From Patescibacteria group bacterium UBA6201 (GTDB taxonomy: Bacteria; Patescibacteriota; Minisyncoccia; Phycocordibacterales; UBA918), in the NCBI GenBank assembly GCA_002422025.1, contig DISV01000005.1:203518-267517 (forward strand): a stretch of DNA of 64,000 nt. Direction: 5' to 3'. Within the stretch, counting starts at the first letter, position 1. Every line of letters starts with the position of its first letter. Shown here in pieces: positions 37,598 to 47,507 of this stretch. The notes under the pieces were generated by a model. That model saw only the letters and a program-made list of their open reading frames with translations, was not told the DNA's origin and did not search any database. The position numbers and the translations under genes were made by a program.

Positions 37598-38605
37598 ATG
37601 TCTGAAGTATATGATTTTGTGGCCATCGGCGACATCACAACCGATGCTTTTATAGAGCTATCTAAGAAGGACGCACGAGTAGTCTGTGATATAGAGGGCA
37701 AGCCTTGTCAGTTGCAGATGAATTTCGGAGATAAACTTCCATACGAAAATGTAAAGGTCGTGCCTGCCGTTGGTAATAGCCCTAACGCTGCGGTATCAGC
37801 TCATCGACTAGGTTTACGTGCCGGATTAGTTACTAATCTTGGTCATGATAGAAATGGCAAAGATTGTCTCGATGCCCTGCGGCGTGAAAATGTTTCAACC
37901 GAGTTTGTGAGGGTTCATGAACGCAAAATATCTAATTATCACTACGTACTACGTCTCGGAGCTGAGCGTACAATCCTCATTAAACACGAGACATACCCCT
38001 ACACCTTACCTGACTTTAAAGTACCACCAAGATATTTATACTTTTCGTCTATTGGCGAAAATGGCGTTGCTTTCCATCATGAGATTGCCGAGTACGTAAA
38101 AAAACATCCTGAGACAAAGTTAGTTTTTCAGCCTGGTACTTTCCAAATCAGATTAGGAAAAGATGAATTAAGGGATTTGTACGCTGTTACCGATATCTTT
38201 TTTTGTAACAAAGAGGAAGCGCAAACAATTCTGGGTACAAAAGAAGACCATTTTCCAAAACTCTTGAAGGATTTGAAAGCATTAGGTCCCCGTCTACCAG
38301 TTATTACTGATGGACCAAAAGGAGCCTATGTAGAAGACGAGAATGGTGTTACTTGGCACATGCCGATGTATCCGGATCCGAAAGAGCCGGTTGACAGAAC
38401 TGGTGCAGGAGACTCCTTCGCCTCTACTTTCACTGCGGCCATAATATTAGGTAAGACCCCAGCTGAAGCCCTATCGTGGGGACCAATCAACTCAATGTCT
38501 GTAGTTCAGTATGTTGGTGCTCAAGAAGGACTACTAACAAGAGAACAATTAGAAAAACATCTTAAGGAAGCCCCAGCTTCTTATAAACCAACTAAGGTCG
38601 TATAG
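37598..38605 (+). CDS. PfkB-family carbohydrate kinase (ribokinase-like)
   Basis: N-terminal GDITTDAF and C-terminal DRTGAGDSFASTF PfkB signature. ATG at 37598 preferred, since the longer track ORF would overlap the divergent rplY start. Confidence 0.7.
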   Translation: MSEVYDFVAIGDITTDAFIELSKKDARVVCDIEGKPCQLQMNFGDKLPYENVKVVPAVGNSPNAAVSAHRLGLRAGLVTNLGHDRNGKDCLDALRRENVSTEFVRVHERKISNYHYVLRLGAERTILIKHETYPYTLPDFKVPPRYLYFSSIGENGVAFHHEIAEYVKKHPETKLVFQPGTFQIRLGKDELRDLYAVTDIFFCNKEEAQTILGTKEDHFPKLLKDLKALGPRLPVITDGPKGAYVEDENGVTWHMPMYPDPKEPVDRTGAGDSFASTFTAAIILGKTPAEALSWGPINSMSVVQYVGAQEGLLTREQLEKHLKEAPASYKPTKVV

Positions 38606-39597
38606 CCACCTCCGAAACTCTTTTTAGCTACGCTGACAATGGAGTCCTTATCCATCTGATAGTGTTTAATCAATTCTTCTGGTTCACCAGATTGTCCGAA
38701 TTGATTTTTGACGCCTACGCGTTCGATACGAGCTGGTCTCACTCCGCTTAGATATTCTGCAACAGCACCTCCCAGTCCACCAGTAATCTGATGTTCTTCA
38801 ACAGTTATTAGCAAATCGTGATGCTCAGATAATTCCAGTACAGCCTTCTCGTCCAGTGGTTTAATAGTTGGTAAATGAAGTAGTGAAACACCAAAGCCAG
38901 CCTCGTCGAGCTCCTTTGCGGCTAATAAGGCTTCATATACTAGTGAACCGGTTGTAATTAAGCCGATTGTACTCTTTCGGTGTTCTGTCATCTCAACTAG
39001 TAGTTGCCCCTTACCAAATTCAAACGGACTATCTTCAGTTGTTACTACCGGTACAGGCGAACGGCCAAGACGGATATAAACTGGACCTTTGTACTCAGCT
39101 GCCCACAACACTGCCTTCTTAGCCTCATAAATATCGCAAGGTGCCAACACTACTATATTTGGTATCACTCTCATAATGGCAATGTCTTCAATTGCTTGAT
39201 GAGTAGCACCATCTGGTCCTACTGAGACGCCACTATGGGCTCCAATTATTTTTACATTCTGATCATTGTATGCAACGGTGGTACGTATCTGCTCCCAACT
39301 ACGTCCAGGTGAAAACATCGCATATGAAGCAATGAAAGGAATTTTACCTACAGCAGCTAATCCTGAAGCCACTGAGGCCATGTTTTGTTCAGCAACACCA
39401 CATTGTATAAAGCGCTCAGGAAATTTTTCAGCAAACAGGTTCACTCTTGTTGATTCAGTTAGGTCGGCAGAGAGGGCTACTACCTCTTGGTTTTTTTCAC
39501 CGGCCTCTAATAAGCCGTCACCAAAGCCGTCACGATTAGGAATTCGCTCGATGTCATCTTTAAAAAGTTTTGAGCTTAAATGTGAGGCTATTTTCAT
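38581..39597 (-). CDS. transketolase, C-terminal (pyrimidine-binding plus C-terminal domain) subunit
   Basis: Split transketolase. FIQCGVAEQNMASVASGLA, 338 aa. Confidence 0.8.
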   Translation of the reverse strand: MKIASHLSSKLFKDDIERIPNRDGFGDGLLEAGEKNQEVVALSADLTESTRVNLFAEKFPERFIQCGVAEQNMASVASGLAAVGKIPFIASYAMFSPGRSWEQIRTTVAYNDQNVKIIGAHSGVSVGPDGATHQAIEDIAIMRVIPNIVVLAPCDIYEAKKAVLWAAEYKGPVYIRLGRSPVPVVTTEDSPFEFGKGQLLVEMTEHRKSTIGLITTGSLVYEALLAAKELDEAGFGVSLLHLPTIKPLDEKAVLELSEHHDLLITVEEHQITGGLGGAVAEYLSGVRPARIERVGVKNQFGQSGEPEELIKHYQMDKDSIVSVAKKSFGGGYTTLVGL

Positions 39598-39601
39598 ATA
39601 A

Positions 39602-40501
39602 CTAATCTAGATCATGATTCTTGATACTGCCGGATAGTGTTCGTAGTTGCCTCAAGGCCTCCTTTCCTTGATCTGGTTTTTTTACTTTATCTTCCGGACC
39701 TTTGCCAGGAGGGTTGCCGTGCCAATGGTAGTCTCGTTCAAAGATACTAACTCCCTTACCAGGGATTGTGTGGGCAATAATTACTGATGGCTGGCTATAG
39801 ACCGCCTGAGCCTTTCCTATTGCATCAGCCACCATCCGCATATTGTGTCCATCTACTTCCTGAACGTCAAAGTTAAAAGATTCAAATTTATCACGGAGAG
39901 GTTCGAGTGGCATTACGTCTTCAGTATTGCCATCAATCTGAATACCATTTCGATCGATGATAGCAATCAGGTTATGAAGTTTTTCTTTGCCTGCCAAAAG
40001 TACTGCCTCCCAAGTCTGCCCTTCCTGAAGTTCACCGTCACTCATTAGACAATAAACATACTGTGAAGTGTATTCGTTATCCATTCTTAGTGCTAAGGCC
40101 ATACCAATAGCCTGAGAGAGACCACTCCCCAGCGGGCCTGATGTAGTTTCAATACCAGGTAGTGAACCACGATGAGGATGACCTTGAAGTCTCGAGCCAA
40201 ACTGGCGCAAAGTCAAAAGCTCATCAACGGGAAAATAACCACGATGGGCCAAGGTCGCATAAAGAACCGGACAAATGTGACCATTACTGAGGACTAGACG
40301 GTCTCGTAGCGCCCAATCTGGGTCATTTGGATTATGTTTTAAAATATTGAAATAAAGGAGGGTAAAGATGTCAGCCATACCAAGAGGACCCGCAGTATGT
40401 CCACTTCCCGCTGCCATTAACATTTCGATAATGCTTTGCCGAATATTATTGGCTGTCAATTCTAAAGATAGAACTTCCTTATCAGATAGATAATACATCA
40501 C
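39602..40501 (-). CDS. transketolase, N-terminal (TPP-binding) subunit
   Basis: GSGHTAGPLGMADIF and GDGELQEGQTWEA motifs, 299 aa. Adjacent to the C-terminal subunit gene. Confidence 0.8.
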   Translation of the reverse strand: MMYYLSDKEVLSLELTANNIRQSIIEMLMAAGSGHTAGPLGMADIFTLLYFNILKHNPNDPDWALRDRLVLSNGHICPVLYATLAHRGYFPVDELLTLRQFGSRLQGHPHRGSLPGIETTSGPLGSGLSQAIGMALALRMDNEYTSQYVYCLMSDGELQEGQTWEAVLLAGKEKLHNLIAIIDRNGIQIDGNTEDVMPLEPLRDKFESFNFDVQEVDGHNMRMVADAIGKAQAVYSQPSVIIAHTIPGKGVSIFERDYHWHGNPPGKGPEDKVKKPDQGKEALRQLRTLSGSIKNHDLD

Positions 40502-40525
40502 TAGAATTATAACTCAGCGCGACTT

Positions 40526-41173
40526 TTATTCCGATACAATTTTCAACAGTTTTTCGTACTGCGCTTTTGGATTGGTCACTTTAAGAATATTTGAGCCGAC
40601 AGCAAAACGGTCGGCTCCGGCATTCTTCAAACTTAAAATATTTTCTTCATTTACAGCACCGTCAACGCTTAAGATTTGATTGGGATATAGCGCACGCAAG
40701 GTTGCAATTCTCTCTAGGACACGAACATCAAAAGGTTGACCTTGGCTACCAATTTCATCTATGCCCATCAATTGAACAAAGTCTACTGAATCTATGTATG
40801 GGTATAGTTCCTCAAGTGAAGTGCTGTTATTTAATGCTAAACCGATCTCACAAGTCAGCTTTGCTTTTAAATTAAAAATTTCATTTCGATCAACAAAACT
40901 TTCAAGGTGAAATATTAGTTTAGACGCCCCTACTTTTAGCCACCTGGTGCCGGCCATCAGTCCGTCCCGAACCATTAAATCCACCTCGAACAGTCTCCCG
41001 CCCAGGTATTCTCTTACTTCCTCTACGTCACCGCTTGGATCGTATGGCCAGGAAACATCTTTAACAAACTCACCGTCTACCACATCTATCTGTATAGTCT
41101 CAGCAAAAGAAAGCAGTTCTAACTTTTCTTTTAAGTCATCCAGTGACTTTGGAATTATGGCAGGAATTATCAT
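40526..41173 (-). CDS. rpe: ribulose-phosphate 3-epimerase-like protein
   Basis: IQIDVVDGEFV and LMGIDEIGSQGQPF resemble the Rpe DVMDGxFVPN / GFGGQxF motifs. Confidence 0.65.
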   Translation of the reverse strand: MIIPAIIPKSLDDLKEKLELLSFAETIQIDVVDGEFVKDVSWPYDPSGDVEEVREYLGGRLFEVDLMVRDGLMAGTRWLKVGASKLIFHLESFVDRNEIFNLKAKLTCEIGLALNNSTSLEELYPYIDSVDFVQLMGIDEIGSQGQPFDVRVLERIATLRALYPNQILSVDGAVNEENILSLKNAGADRFAVGSNILKVTNPKAQYEKLLKIVSE

Positions 41174-41700
41174 ACATCTACTTCGAGTGTGCAGAGGGTG
41201 TCATCTCCCGTGTTAGCAGCAGTGGTCTTGTCTAAGAGACAGTCCTTGTTATTTCCCTCCATAAAGTATCTGATTGTGTATGCCTTGCCGTAATTTTGAT
41301 GAATATAAACCATTCCTTCATATTCAGTCCCTCCTCCTTGTCCGAACATAATAGTCTCACCGGCTGGAATCATACCCATATAGTGAGGAGTGATAGCATC
41401 AGAAATTGCTGTTCTTTCGAGGTTACCACTACCGTTGGCCCAACAAGCATTGTCTGGGTAATCCCCAAGGCACATAGTGGCAGTGGCTCCACTACCGAAT
41501 CGTGGATAATGACCCGTATCTGAATAATAAAGGTCAAAGGCTTTTTGGTACTCCTTGATTTGTGCGACTCGAGCGACATTTCGTGAATGTTCACGACTAT
41601 CAGAAAGAGCCACCATTACTATTGCTGCAATAATTCCAATAATTGCAACAACTACCAAAAGTTCTATTAAAGTGAAGCCAGTCCGTGATGAGTTTCGCAT
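41170..41700 (-). CDS. type IV pilin-like protein (prepilin N-terminal domain)
   Basis: MRNSSRTG|FTLIELLVVVAIIGII. Inserted between rpiB and rpe. Confidence 0.85.
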   Translation of the reverse strand: MRNSSRTGFTLIELLVVVAIIGIIAAIVMVALSDSREHSRNVARVAQIKEYQKAFDLYYSDTGHYPRFGSGATATMCLGDYPDNACWANGSGNLERTAISDAITPHYMGMIPAGETIMFGQGGGTEYEGMVYIHQNYGKAYTIRYFMEGNNKDCLLDKTTAANTGDDTLCTLEVDV

Positions 41701-41741
41701 AAATAGATTCTAAATGTGTTTCTCTCTAAGTACAACGCGAT

Positions 41742-42194
41742 TTATACACCACTGTCTATTTTACTGATTCGTCGTTCGTGACGTTCTTCACTAGAAAACG
41801 GAGTATTCAACCAAAGTTCCACTGCCCTTTTGGCTGTTTCCTCATCCAAGAACCGAGCCCCTAATGAAAGTACATTTGTGTCATTATGTTCTCTAGAAAG
41901 AGTGATTATCTCATCTGGACCACCGTAATAAACGGCCGCGCGGATACCAGAATAGCGGTTTGCTAAGATAGCCTCGCCCTGTCCAGACCCTCCTAGTAGG
42001 ATAGCTTTTGCATCAGTGCCTTCTGTTTTTAGATTACTTATTGCTACCGATATAAAATCAGGATAGTCGTCATTTTCGTCATATGAAAATGCACCGCAGT
42101 CCACCACTTCGTAACTAAGTTCCTCAGTCAAGAATGTGATCAAGGCATTTTTTAGTTCAAAACCTGCGTGATCAGTAGCAATAAAAATTTTCAT
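41742..42194 (-). CDS. rpiB: ribose-5-phosphate isomerase B
   Basis: MKIFIATDHAGFELK ... LLGGSGQGEAILANRYSGIRAA (RpiB/LacAB family). Confidence 0.85.
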   Translation of the reverse strand: MKIFIATDHAGFELKNALITFLTEELSYEVVDCGAFSYDENDDYPDFISVAISNLKTEGTDAKAILLGGSGQGEAILANRYSGIRAAVYYGGPDEIITLSREHNDTNVLSLGARFLDEETAKRAVELWLNTPFSSEERHERRISKIDSGV

Positions 42195-42235
42195 CGTGGT
42201 AGATATTATTGATAGTTTGCTTTCGCTAGAAAATC

Positions 42236-43273
42236 CTAAGTGGATTTAAGGTTAGCAAGAACAACGCTGATATGTTCAGTAAGGGTGTGTACGTATGATG
42301 CTTCATTATCATACCAGGCCAATACTTTCACCAGATTACCATCTACGACTTGAGTCATACCAAGATCGGCAATAGCACCAAAACGAGCACCAATAATATC
42401 AGAAGAAACCAGTGGCTCATTGGTAACTGCAAATACTCTTTTCCAACGGTCAGTGAGTGCAGCCTTAGTTAAGGCAGCATTTACTTCCTCAACTGAGGTC
42501 TCTCTTGAAGCAATGAAAGTAACGTCAACAATCGAGCCGACTGGTACCGGAACGCGGATTGAGATGCCATCAAACTTCCCTGCCAAATCTGGATAAGCCA
42601 AAGTAGTGGCAATAGCTGCGCCAGTAGTGGATGGAATGATATTTTGTGCAGCCGCCCTACCTTCTCGTAAATCCTTTTTACTTGGACCATCAACAAGTGA
42701 CTGTGATGCTGTGTAAGCATGCACCGTGTTTAAAATAGCTTTGTCTATACCAATGGCCTCTTTGAGGATTCCAATCAAGGGCGATGCGGCATTCGTAGTA
42801 CAGGAAGCATTTGAAGTAATCTCACAGGTCTTAAAAGCCTCCTCGTTAGCACCAATTAAGACCGTAGCACCTCTTATGTCAGACTGTGCAGGATCATCTT
42901 TTACTGGCGCTGTAATCACTACTCTTTTGGCCCCGGCCGTAATATGCGCCTTAGCTTTTTCATAACTCGTAAAGACGCCAGTTGACTCAACAACGAGATC
43001 AATATCTTGTACTTTCCAGGGAAGTAGAGTTGGGTCCTTTTCGTGGGAAAGAGACAGTTTCCGACCATTTACACTTAAACTATCACCGTCAACTTTAACA
43101 GAAAATTGTGAGTGACCGTAAACGGTGTCGTACTTCAAAAGATAGGCCAGGTTTTCTGCCTGTCCCAAATCGTTAATTGCAACTACTTCATAGTCACTTC
43201 GTCCTTCTGTCATACGAAAAAACGTACGACCAATCCTACCAAAACCATTAATAGCCACTTTGAACTTTGCCAT
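42236..43273 (-). CDS. gap: glyceraldehyde-3-phosphate dehydrogenase, type I
   Basis: VAINGFGRIGR Rossmann start and the active site SNASCTTNAASP. Confidence 0.9.
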   Translation of the reverse strand: MAKFKVAINGFGRIGRTFFRMTEGRSDYEVVAINDLGQAENLAYLLKYDTVYGHSQFSVKVDGDSLSVNGRKLSLSHEKDPTLLPWKVQDIDLVVESTGVFTSYEKAKAHITAGAKRVVITAPVKDDPAQSDIRGATVLIGANEEAFKTCEITSNASCTTNAASPLIGILKEAIGIDKAILNTVHAYTASQSLVDGPSKKDLREGRAAAQNIIPSTTGAAIATTLAYPDLAGKFDGISIRVPVPVGSIVDVTFIASRETSVEEVNAALTKAALTDRWKRVFAVTNEPLVSSDIIGARFGAIADLGMTQVVDGNLVKVLAWYDNEASYVHTLTEHISVVLANLKST

Positions 43274-43326
43274 ACCTTTCTATATTACAACAAAGCCGAA
43301 CAAATTAGGTGTTGATAGCATTTTTC

Positions 43327-44055
43327 TTACTTATAGGAAGGTACTTTGGGCTGACTATATTCTATTTCAATCTCCTCAAATCGTTCTATTTGTGAGACTA
43401 GGATTGAACCTTGTTTAACTGACTCCAAAACGGCTAAGAAACCTACGATGTACGTATGCTTCTCGGTTGAATCTGCTATTAGTTCACTAAACTTCAGTCG
43501 CAGTTGACTCTCTACTCGCTTATGTAGTCGGTCTATCATTTCTTCAAGTGAAATAACTTTTCTTACTTGCACCTTAGGTCTGGCTGTCTTAACTGGCAAA
43601 TCAGACATTACTCTATAGATTGCTTCGTGCAAAGCAGTCTTTGTACAAAACTCATCTGGTAAAAAAAGAGGTTTTTTATCTGGTACGTATTGTCGCTCAT
43701 GCATCACTCTCTGACCGAAAGCTTCCGATACTGTATCAGCGGCTACGCGATAAATTTGGTACAGACGTAGTCTCTCCTCTAGTTCTTCGATGCTACTTTC
43801 CTCCTCCTCTGATAATTCTAGAACTGGGAGAAGAGATTTGGATTTAATAAGAAGCAAAGTAGCTGCCAAGGCTACAAAGTTGGCTGTACCAGGGAGAGAC
43901 ATTTCCTGCATCTTCGACACTTCAGCCATGTATTCGTCAGTCACAGTGGCGAGCGAGAAATCGTTAATCAGCAACTTACGCCGCTCAACCAGGTCGATTA
44001 AGAGTTCTAACGGCCCTTCGAAGATAGGGGTTTTGATAGAGAAATTTGTGACCAT
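43327..44055 (-). CDS. scpA: segregation and condensation protein A
   Basis: IFEGPLELLIDLVERRKLLINDFSLATVTDEYM matches the ScpA N-terminus. Confidence 0.8.
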   Translation of the reverse strand: MVTNFSIKTPIFEGPLELLIDLVERRKLLINDFSLATVTDEYMAEVSKMQEMSLPGTANFVALAATLLLIKSKSLLPVLELSEEEESSIEELEERLRLYQIYRVAADTVSEAFGQRVMHERQYVPDKKPLFLPDEFCTKTALHEAIYRVMSDLPVKTARPKVQVRKVISLEEMIDRLHKRVESQLRLKFSELIADSTEKHTYIVGFLAVLESVKQGSILVSQIERFEEIEIEYSQPKVPSYK

Positions 44056-44069
44056 TTACAAGAATGATA

Positions 44070-44702
44070 TCACGCCAGAGATGCAAAATAACCGTTTTCT
44101 AGCATGTACTTACTGAGCACTTCATTGAAACGTTTTATATAGGAAAATTCACTGACATATTTGTCTTTAATGCTTCGGCTTTGAGAGAAGGTTACATTGT
44201 TTTGTATACAAATAGCCTTTCCATTTTCGTTTATTAAATGGAATAAAGGTTCAATTTTATCAATAGCTTTTACAAACTTCGATTCAATGGTGATTTGATC
44301 GTCATATTCCTTTAAACACGTCGATGCGGATTTTCTGATAATTTCTGGCAAAAGTTCCAACACCTCTTTCTGAGCATCATATTCCTTAGCTCTGTCAGTG
44401 TCAGTTTTTAAGTATCCAATTGTGTCACCAGTGAGAATCTCGTCTATATCGTGATAAAGAGTCATTTGTTGAATACGAGCATAATTCCAGGTATCAGTTT
44501 CCTCTAATGGTAAAAAATAATCAATTAATGCCATCATTCCATATACATGCTCTGCCACAGACTCAGTGTCTATTACTTCAGTGCGCTGATGGTGGTATCG
44601 GATGACTCGCTTCATTCTAAAGATTTCCTGAATTTTTCTGAATTCTTCCCACACAAACGTATCGTCCTCCAATATTCTTTTTCGGGTTTCTTCTAAAGTC
44701 AT
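44070..44702 (-). CDS. HD-domain phosphohydrolase (YfbR-like 5'-deoxynucleotidase family)
   Basis: ESVAEHVYGMMAL ... LYHDIDEILTGD HD motif. Confidence 0.7.
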   Translation of the reverse strand: MTLEETRKRILEDDTFVWEEFRKIQEIFRMKRVIRYHHQRTEVIDTESVAEHVYGMMALIDYFLPLEETDTWNYARIQQMTLYHDIDEILTGDTIGYLKTDTDRAKEYDAQKEVLELLPEIIRKSASTCLKEYDDQITIESKFVKAIDKIEPLFHLINENGKAICIQNNVTFSQSRSIKDKYVSEFSYIKRFNEVLSKYMLENGYFASLA

Positions 44703-44703
44703 A

Positions 44704-44723
44704 GTGTATCTTATATGATATAC
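44704..44723. repeat. half-copy (single arm) of the AT-rich palindrome: gtgtatcttatatgatatac
   Basis: Identical to the right arm at 4065-4086. Lies 1-4 nt upstream of the HD gene ATG. Confidence 0.7.
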
Positions 44724-44730
44724 GAACTAA

Positions 44731-44770
44731 TTTAGCCCTACTGTCATTGATGATAGTAGGTAGGGCTAAA
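44731..44770 (-). terminator. hairpin tttagccctact...agtag(gtag)ggctaaa
   Basis: Downstream of pepA. Confidence 0.5.
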
Positions 44771-44771
44771 T

Positions 44772-46169
44772 TTAAAACTTCTCAATTAACTTAATTAAGA
44801 GTCGTACCGGTTCACCAGTTGAACCTCTAGCCAACTTATCATGAGCGGCCGCGTCCATTCGTGGAGCGATATCAAGGTGAGCCCAGGGTACACTCTTCGG
44901 TGCAAAAAATGACAAAAAGGCACCCCCTTCAATCGCTCCCCCAAACTTTGAGAAATTTGGATGAATGTTTATTACATCGGCACGGGTCTTGGTGAGCGGC
45001 GCTTTGTGTTCATCCCAGAGTGGTAATGGCCACACATAATCTCCACTTTCTTCACCAAAAATCTTCAAAGTATCTGCCAACTTATCGTCAGTACCCATAA
45101 CGGCACTGGCTACCTGACCTAGTGCCACCAGTGAGGCACCAGTTAAAGTTGCTACATCAACAATAACTCTCGGTTCATAGCGCTTCGCATAAGATAGAGC
45201 GTCAGCCAAGATTAACCGGCCTTCAGCGTCGGTGTGAAGTACTTCAATCGTCTTACCAGAATGAGAGTTGATTATGTCTCCCGCGCGCATCGACTTTTCT
45301 GATACAGCATTTTCAGCAATTGGAATTAGTCCGATTACATTTTTCTTAAGTCCCAGCTTGGCAGCAGCTAGTATCGATAGTGCTACTGAAGAGCCACCAG
45401 ACATGTCCATATGCATTTCGTGCATTGACCCTGAAGGCTTCATATTAAGTCCACCTGTGTCGTACGTGACCCCTTTTCCAATTAATACGATTGGTTTTTC
45501 CCCGCTCTTTCCACCCTTATATTCCATAATGACAAAACGCGGCAGATCATCAGCTCCTTTCCCTACTGCCCATAGCGCGTGTAGACCCTCCTTTCTAATT
45601 CGCTTGTCGTCAAAGACCGTTACGTTAACTTTTGTGCCTTTTGCTAACTTTTGTATAGTTTCGCCAAACACTTTTGGGGTCATATCGTCTCCAGGTGTAT
45701 TGGCTATATCACGAGCTGTATTAACATACTCACCCACAGTTAAGCCGCGAGCTATTATCTTTTTATCCGACAAACCGCACAACAAAACTTCTTTAAGTAG
45801 AGTTTTATTTTCTGGCTTTGATTTGTACTTTAAGAACTCGTAGCCAGCAATGATTAGATTTTCCACCAAAGTTGAAATCACCCAATCCTGTCCGAAGGTA
45901 GTGAGTTTTGCAAATTCTTTTGCACTCGGTACATCAAGTGCTAGCAGTTCTATCTTATGACTTTGGGCAGTTCTAGCTATGTCTCGTACTATAGCTATAA
46001 ACTTTCTCGGAGTAACATCAGCTGGTTTACCTATCTTGAAACGAAGTTCAGTAGCGCCATCTTTAGTTTCAACAAAACGATGACCCTGCTTGTCTCCAAG
46101 TAAGACTAGTCGAGTGTATTTTTTTGGTGCGTCTTGTACTTTTTTGTTACTTGTCGTTACCTTCATCAT
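44772..46169 (-). CDS. pepA: leucyl aminopeptidase (M17)
   Basis: NTPGDDMTP and LHTDAEGRLILADALSYA M17 signatures. Confidence 0.85.
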   Translation of the reverse strand: MMKVTTSNKKVQDAPKKYTRLVLLGDKQGHRFVETKDGATELRFKIGKPADVTPRKFIAIVRDIARTAQSHKIELLALDVPSAKEFAKLTTFGQDWVISTLVENLIIAGYEFLKYKSKPENKTLLKEVLLCGLSDKKIIARGLTVGEYVNTARDIANTPGDDMTPKVFGETIQKLAKGTKVNVTVFDDKRIRKEGLHALWAVGKGADDLPRFVIMEYKGGKSGEKPIVLIGKGVTYDTGGLNMKPSGSMHEMHMDMSGGSSVALSILAAAKLGLKKNVIGLIPIAENAVSEKSMRAGDIINSHSGKTIEVLHTDAEGRLILADALSYAKRYEPRVIVDVATLTGASLVALGQVASAVMGTDDKLADTLKIFGEESGDYVWPLPLWDEHKAPLTKTRADVINIHPNFSKFGGAIEGGAFLSFFAPKSVPWAHLDIAPRMDAAAHDKLARGSTGEPVRLLIKLIEKF

Positions 46170-47505
46170 CAGTTTTGCTTAGCAGAGTGTCGATGCGATT
46201 CATGTCACGTGGGAACAGTGTTGCTTCTTTAACATTTTGAACTCCACAGAATTTTGCGGTGAGGCGCTCAAGTCCCATTCCCCAACCACCATGTGGAGGG
46301 ATTCCGTAATTAAAGGCTTGTAGGTAAAAGCTGAAGTTTTCAGGATTTAAACCTTTGGCAATAGCCTTTTGCTTTAGCATTTCAACATCATGTACACGTT
46401 GACCGCCTGTAGTAATTTCAACACCTCTGAATAAGAGGTCAAAACTCTTGGTAAAGCCTGGATCACTCTCGTCTTCGTAAGTATAGAAGGGTCGCTTACT
46501 CACCGGATAGTGAGTGATGAAAATAAAATCACTTCCTAACTCGTCGTGAGCATATTCACATAACCAGCGTTCATCTTCAGGCTCTAGGTCAGGCTCTGAA
46601 GTTTTATCAGTCCCAGTGCGCTCCTTGATAAGTGCTTGAGCTTCCCGCAACTTCATATGTGGGAAAATATCACCCTCAGGTAATTTTGGCAATTCGATAT
46701 TGAGTGTAGCTAAATCATCGACATTTCTGGAACCTAATGCTTCGCTAATATATTTCATTAAACCAGTTTCTACACGCATTATGTCAGTATGATCTTTGAT
46801 GAATCCCATTTCGGCATCAAGTGAAGTGTACTCACTTAAGTGTCTTGTGGTAGAACTCTTCTCAGCACGAAAGGCTGTAGCAAAAGTAAAAACACGCTCA
46901 AATACCCCCACCATTATCTGCTTGTAGAGTTGTGGAGAAGTGGCCAAGAAGGCATCCTTGTTGTAAAAATATCCAACCTTAAATACTTCAGCGCCGCCTT
47001 CGGCATCTCCTCCTACTAGCTTGGGAGCTTGAAACTCAGTAAAACCCTCTTGGCGCATATATTCACCGTAAGATCGAGTGATTGTGGCCTGTACGTTAAA
47101 TATTGCCCGTTCCCTTTTTCGTTTTAAGGTAATTGGTCTATTGTCTAAAAGCGTATCGATATTGAGTTCGCTGTCCAAATCAAAAGGTAAGGCTTTAGCT
47201 TGATTCAAAATTTCGATACTAGTGATTTCCAACTCAATGTCACCGTTCGGAACCTTATCATTAACCATCTTTTCAGGACGCTTGTTGACAATCCCCTTAA
47301 CAAAAAGACTACTTTCTGGTGAGGCGTTTTTGGCTACCTCCAAAACTTCCGGCTTACCAAATACTACCGCCTGTACAACACCAGTGCGATCACGCAAATC
47401 AAAGAAGGCCATTTTTCCCTGGTCGCGACGCACATCAACCATGGCACCGATAAGTACTTCACTACCAATTTTATCTTTTAGTTCTTTAATTAAAGTTCTT
47501 TCCAT
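46147..47505 (-). CDS. aspS: aspartyl-tRNA synthetase, archaeal/eukaryotic type (class IIb, probably non-discriminating)
   Basis: 452 aa with N-terminal OB fold, FRAE..STTRHLSEYTSLDAEM, GGWGMGLERL, terminal LFPRD. AsnRS cannot be fully excluded. Confidence 0.65.
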   Translation of the reverse strand: MERTLIKELKDKIGSEVLIGAMVDVRRDQGKMAFFDLRDRTGVVQAVVFGKPEVLEVAKNASPESSLFVKGIVNKRPEKMVNDKVPNGDIELEITSIEILNQAKALPFDLDSELNIDTLLDNRPITLKRKRERAIFNVQATITRSYGEYMRQEGFTEFQAPKLVGGDAEGGAEVFKVGYFYNKDAFLATSPQLYKQIMVGVFERVFTFATAFRAEKSSTTRHLSEYTSLDAEMGFIKDHTDIMRVETGLMKYISEALGSRNVDDLATLNIELPKLPEGDIFPHMKLREAQALIKERTGTDKTSEPDLEPEDERWLCEYAHDELGSDFIFITHYPVSKRPFYTYEDESDPGFTKSFDLLFRGVEITTGGQRVHDVEMLKQKAIAKGLNPENFSFYLQAFNYGIPPHGGWGMGLERLTAKFCGVQNVKEATLFPRDMNRIDTLLSKTDDEGNDK

Positions 47506-47507
47506 AA

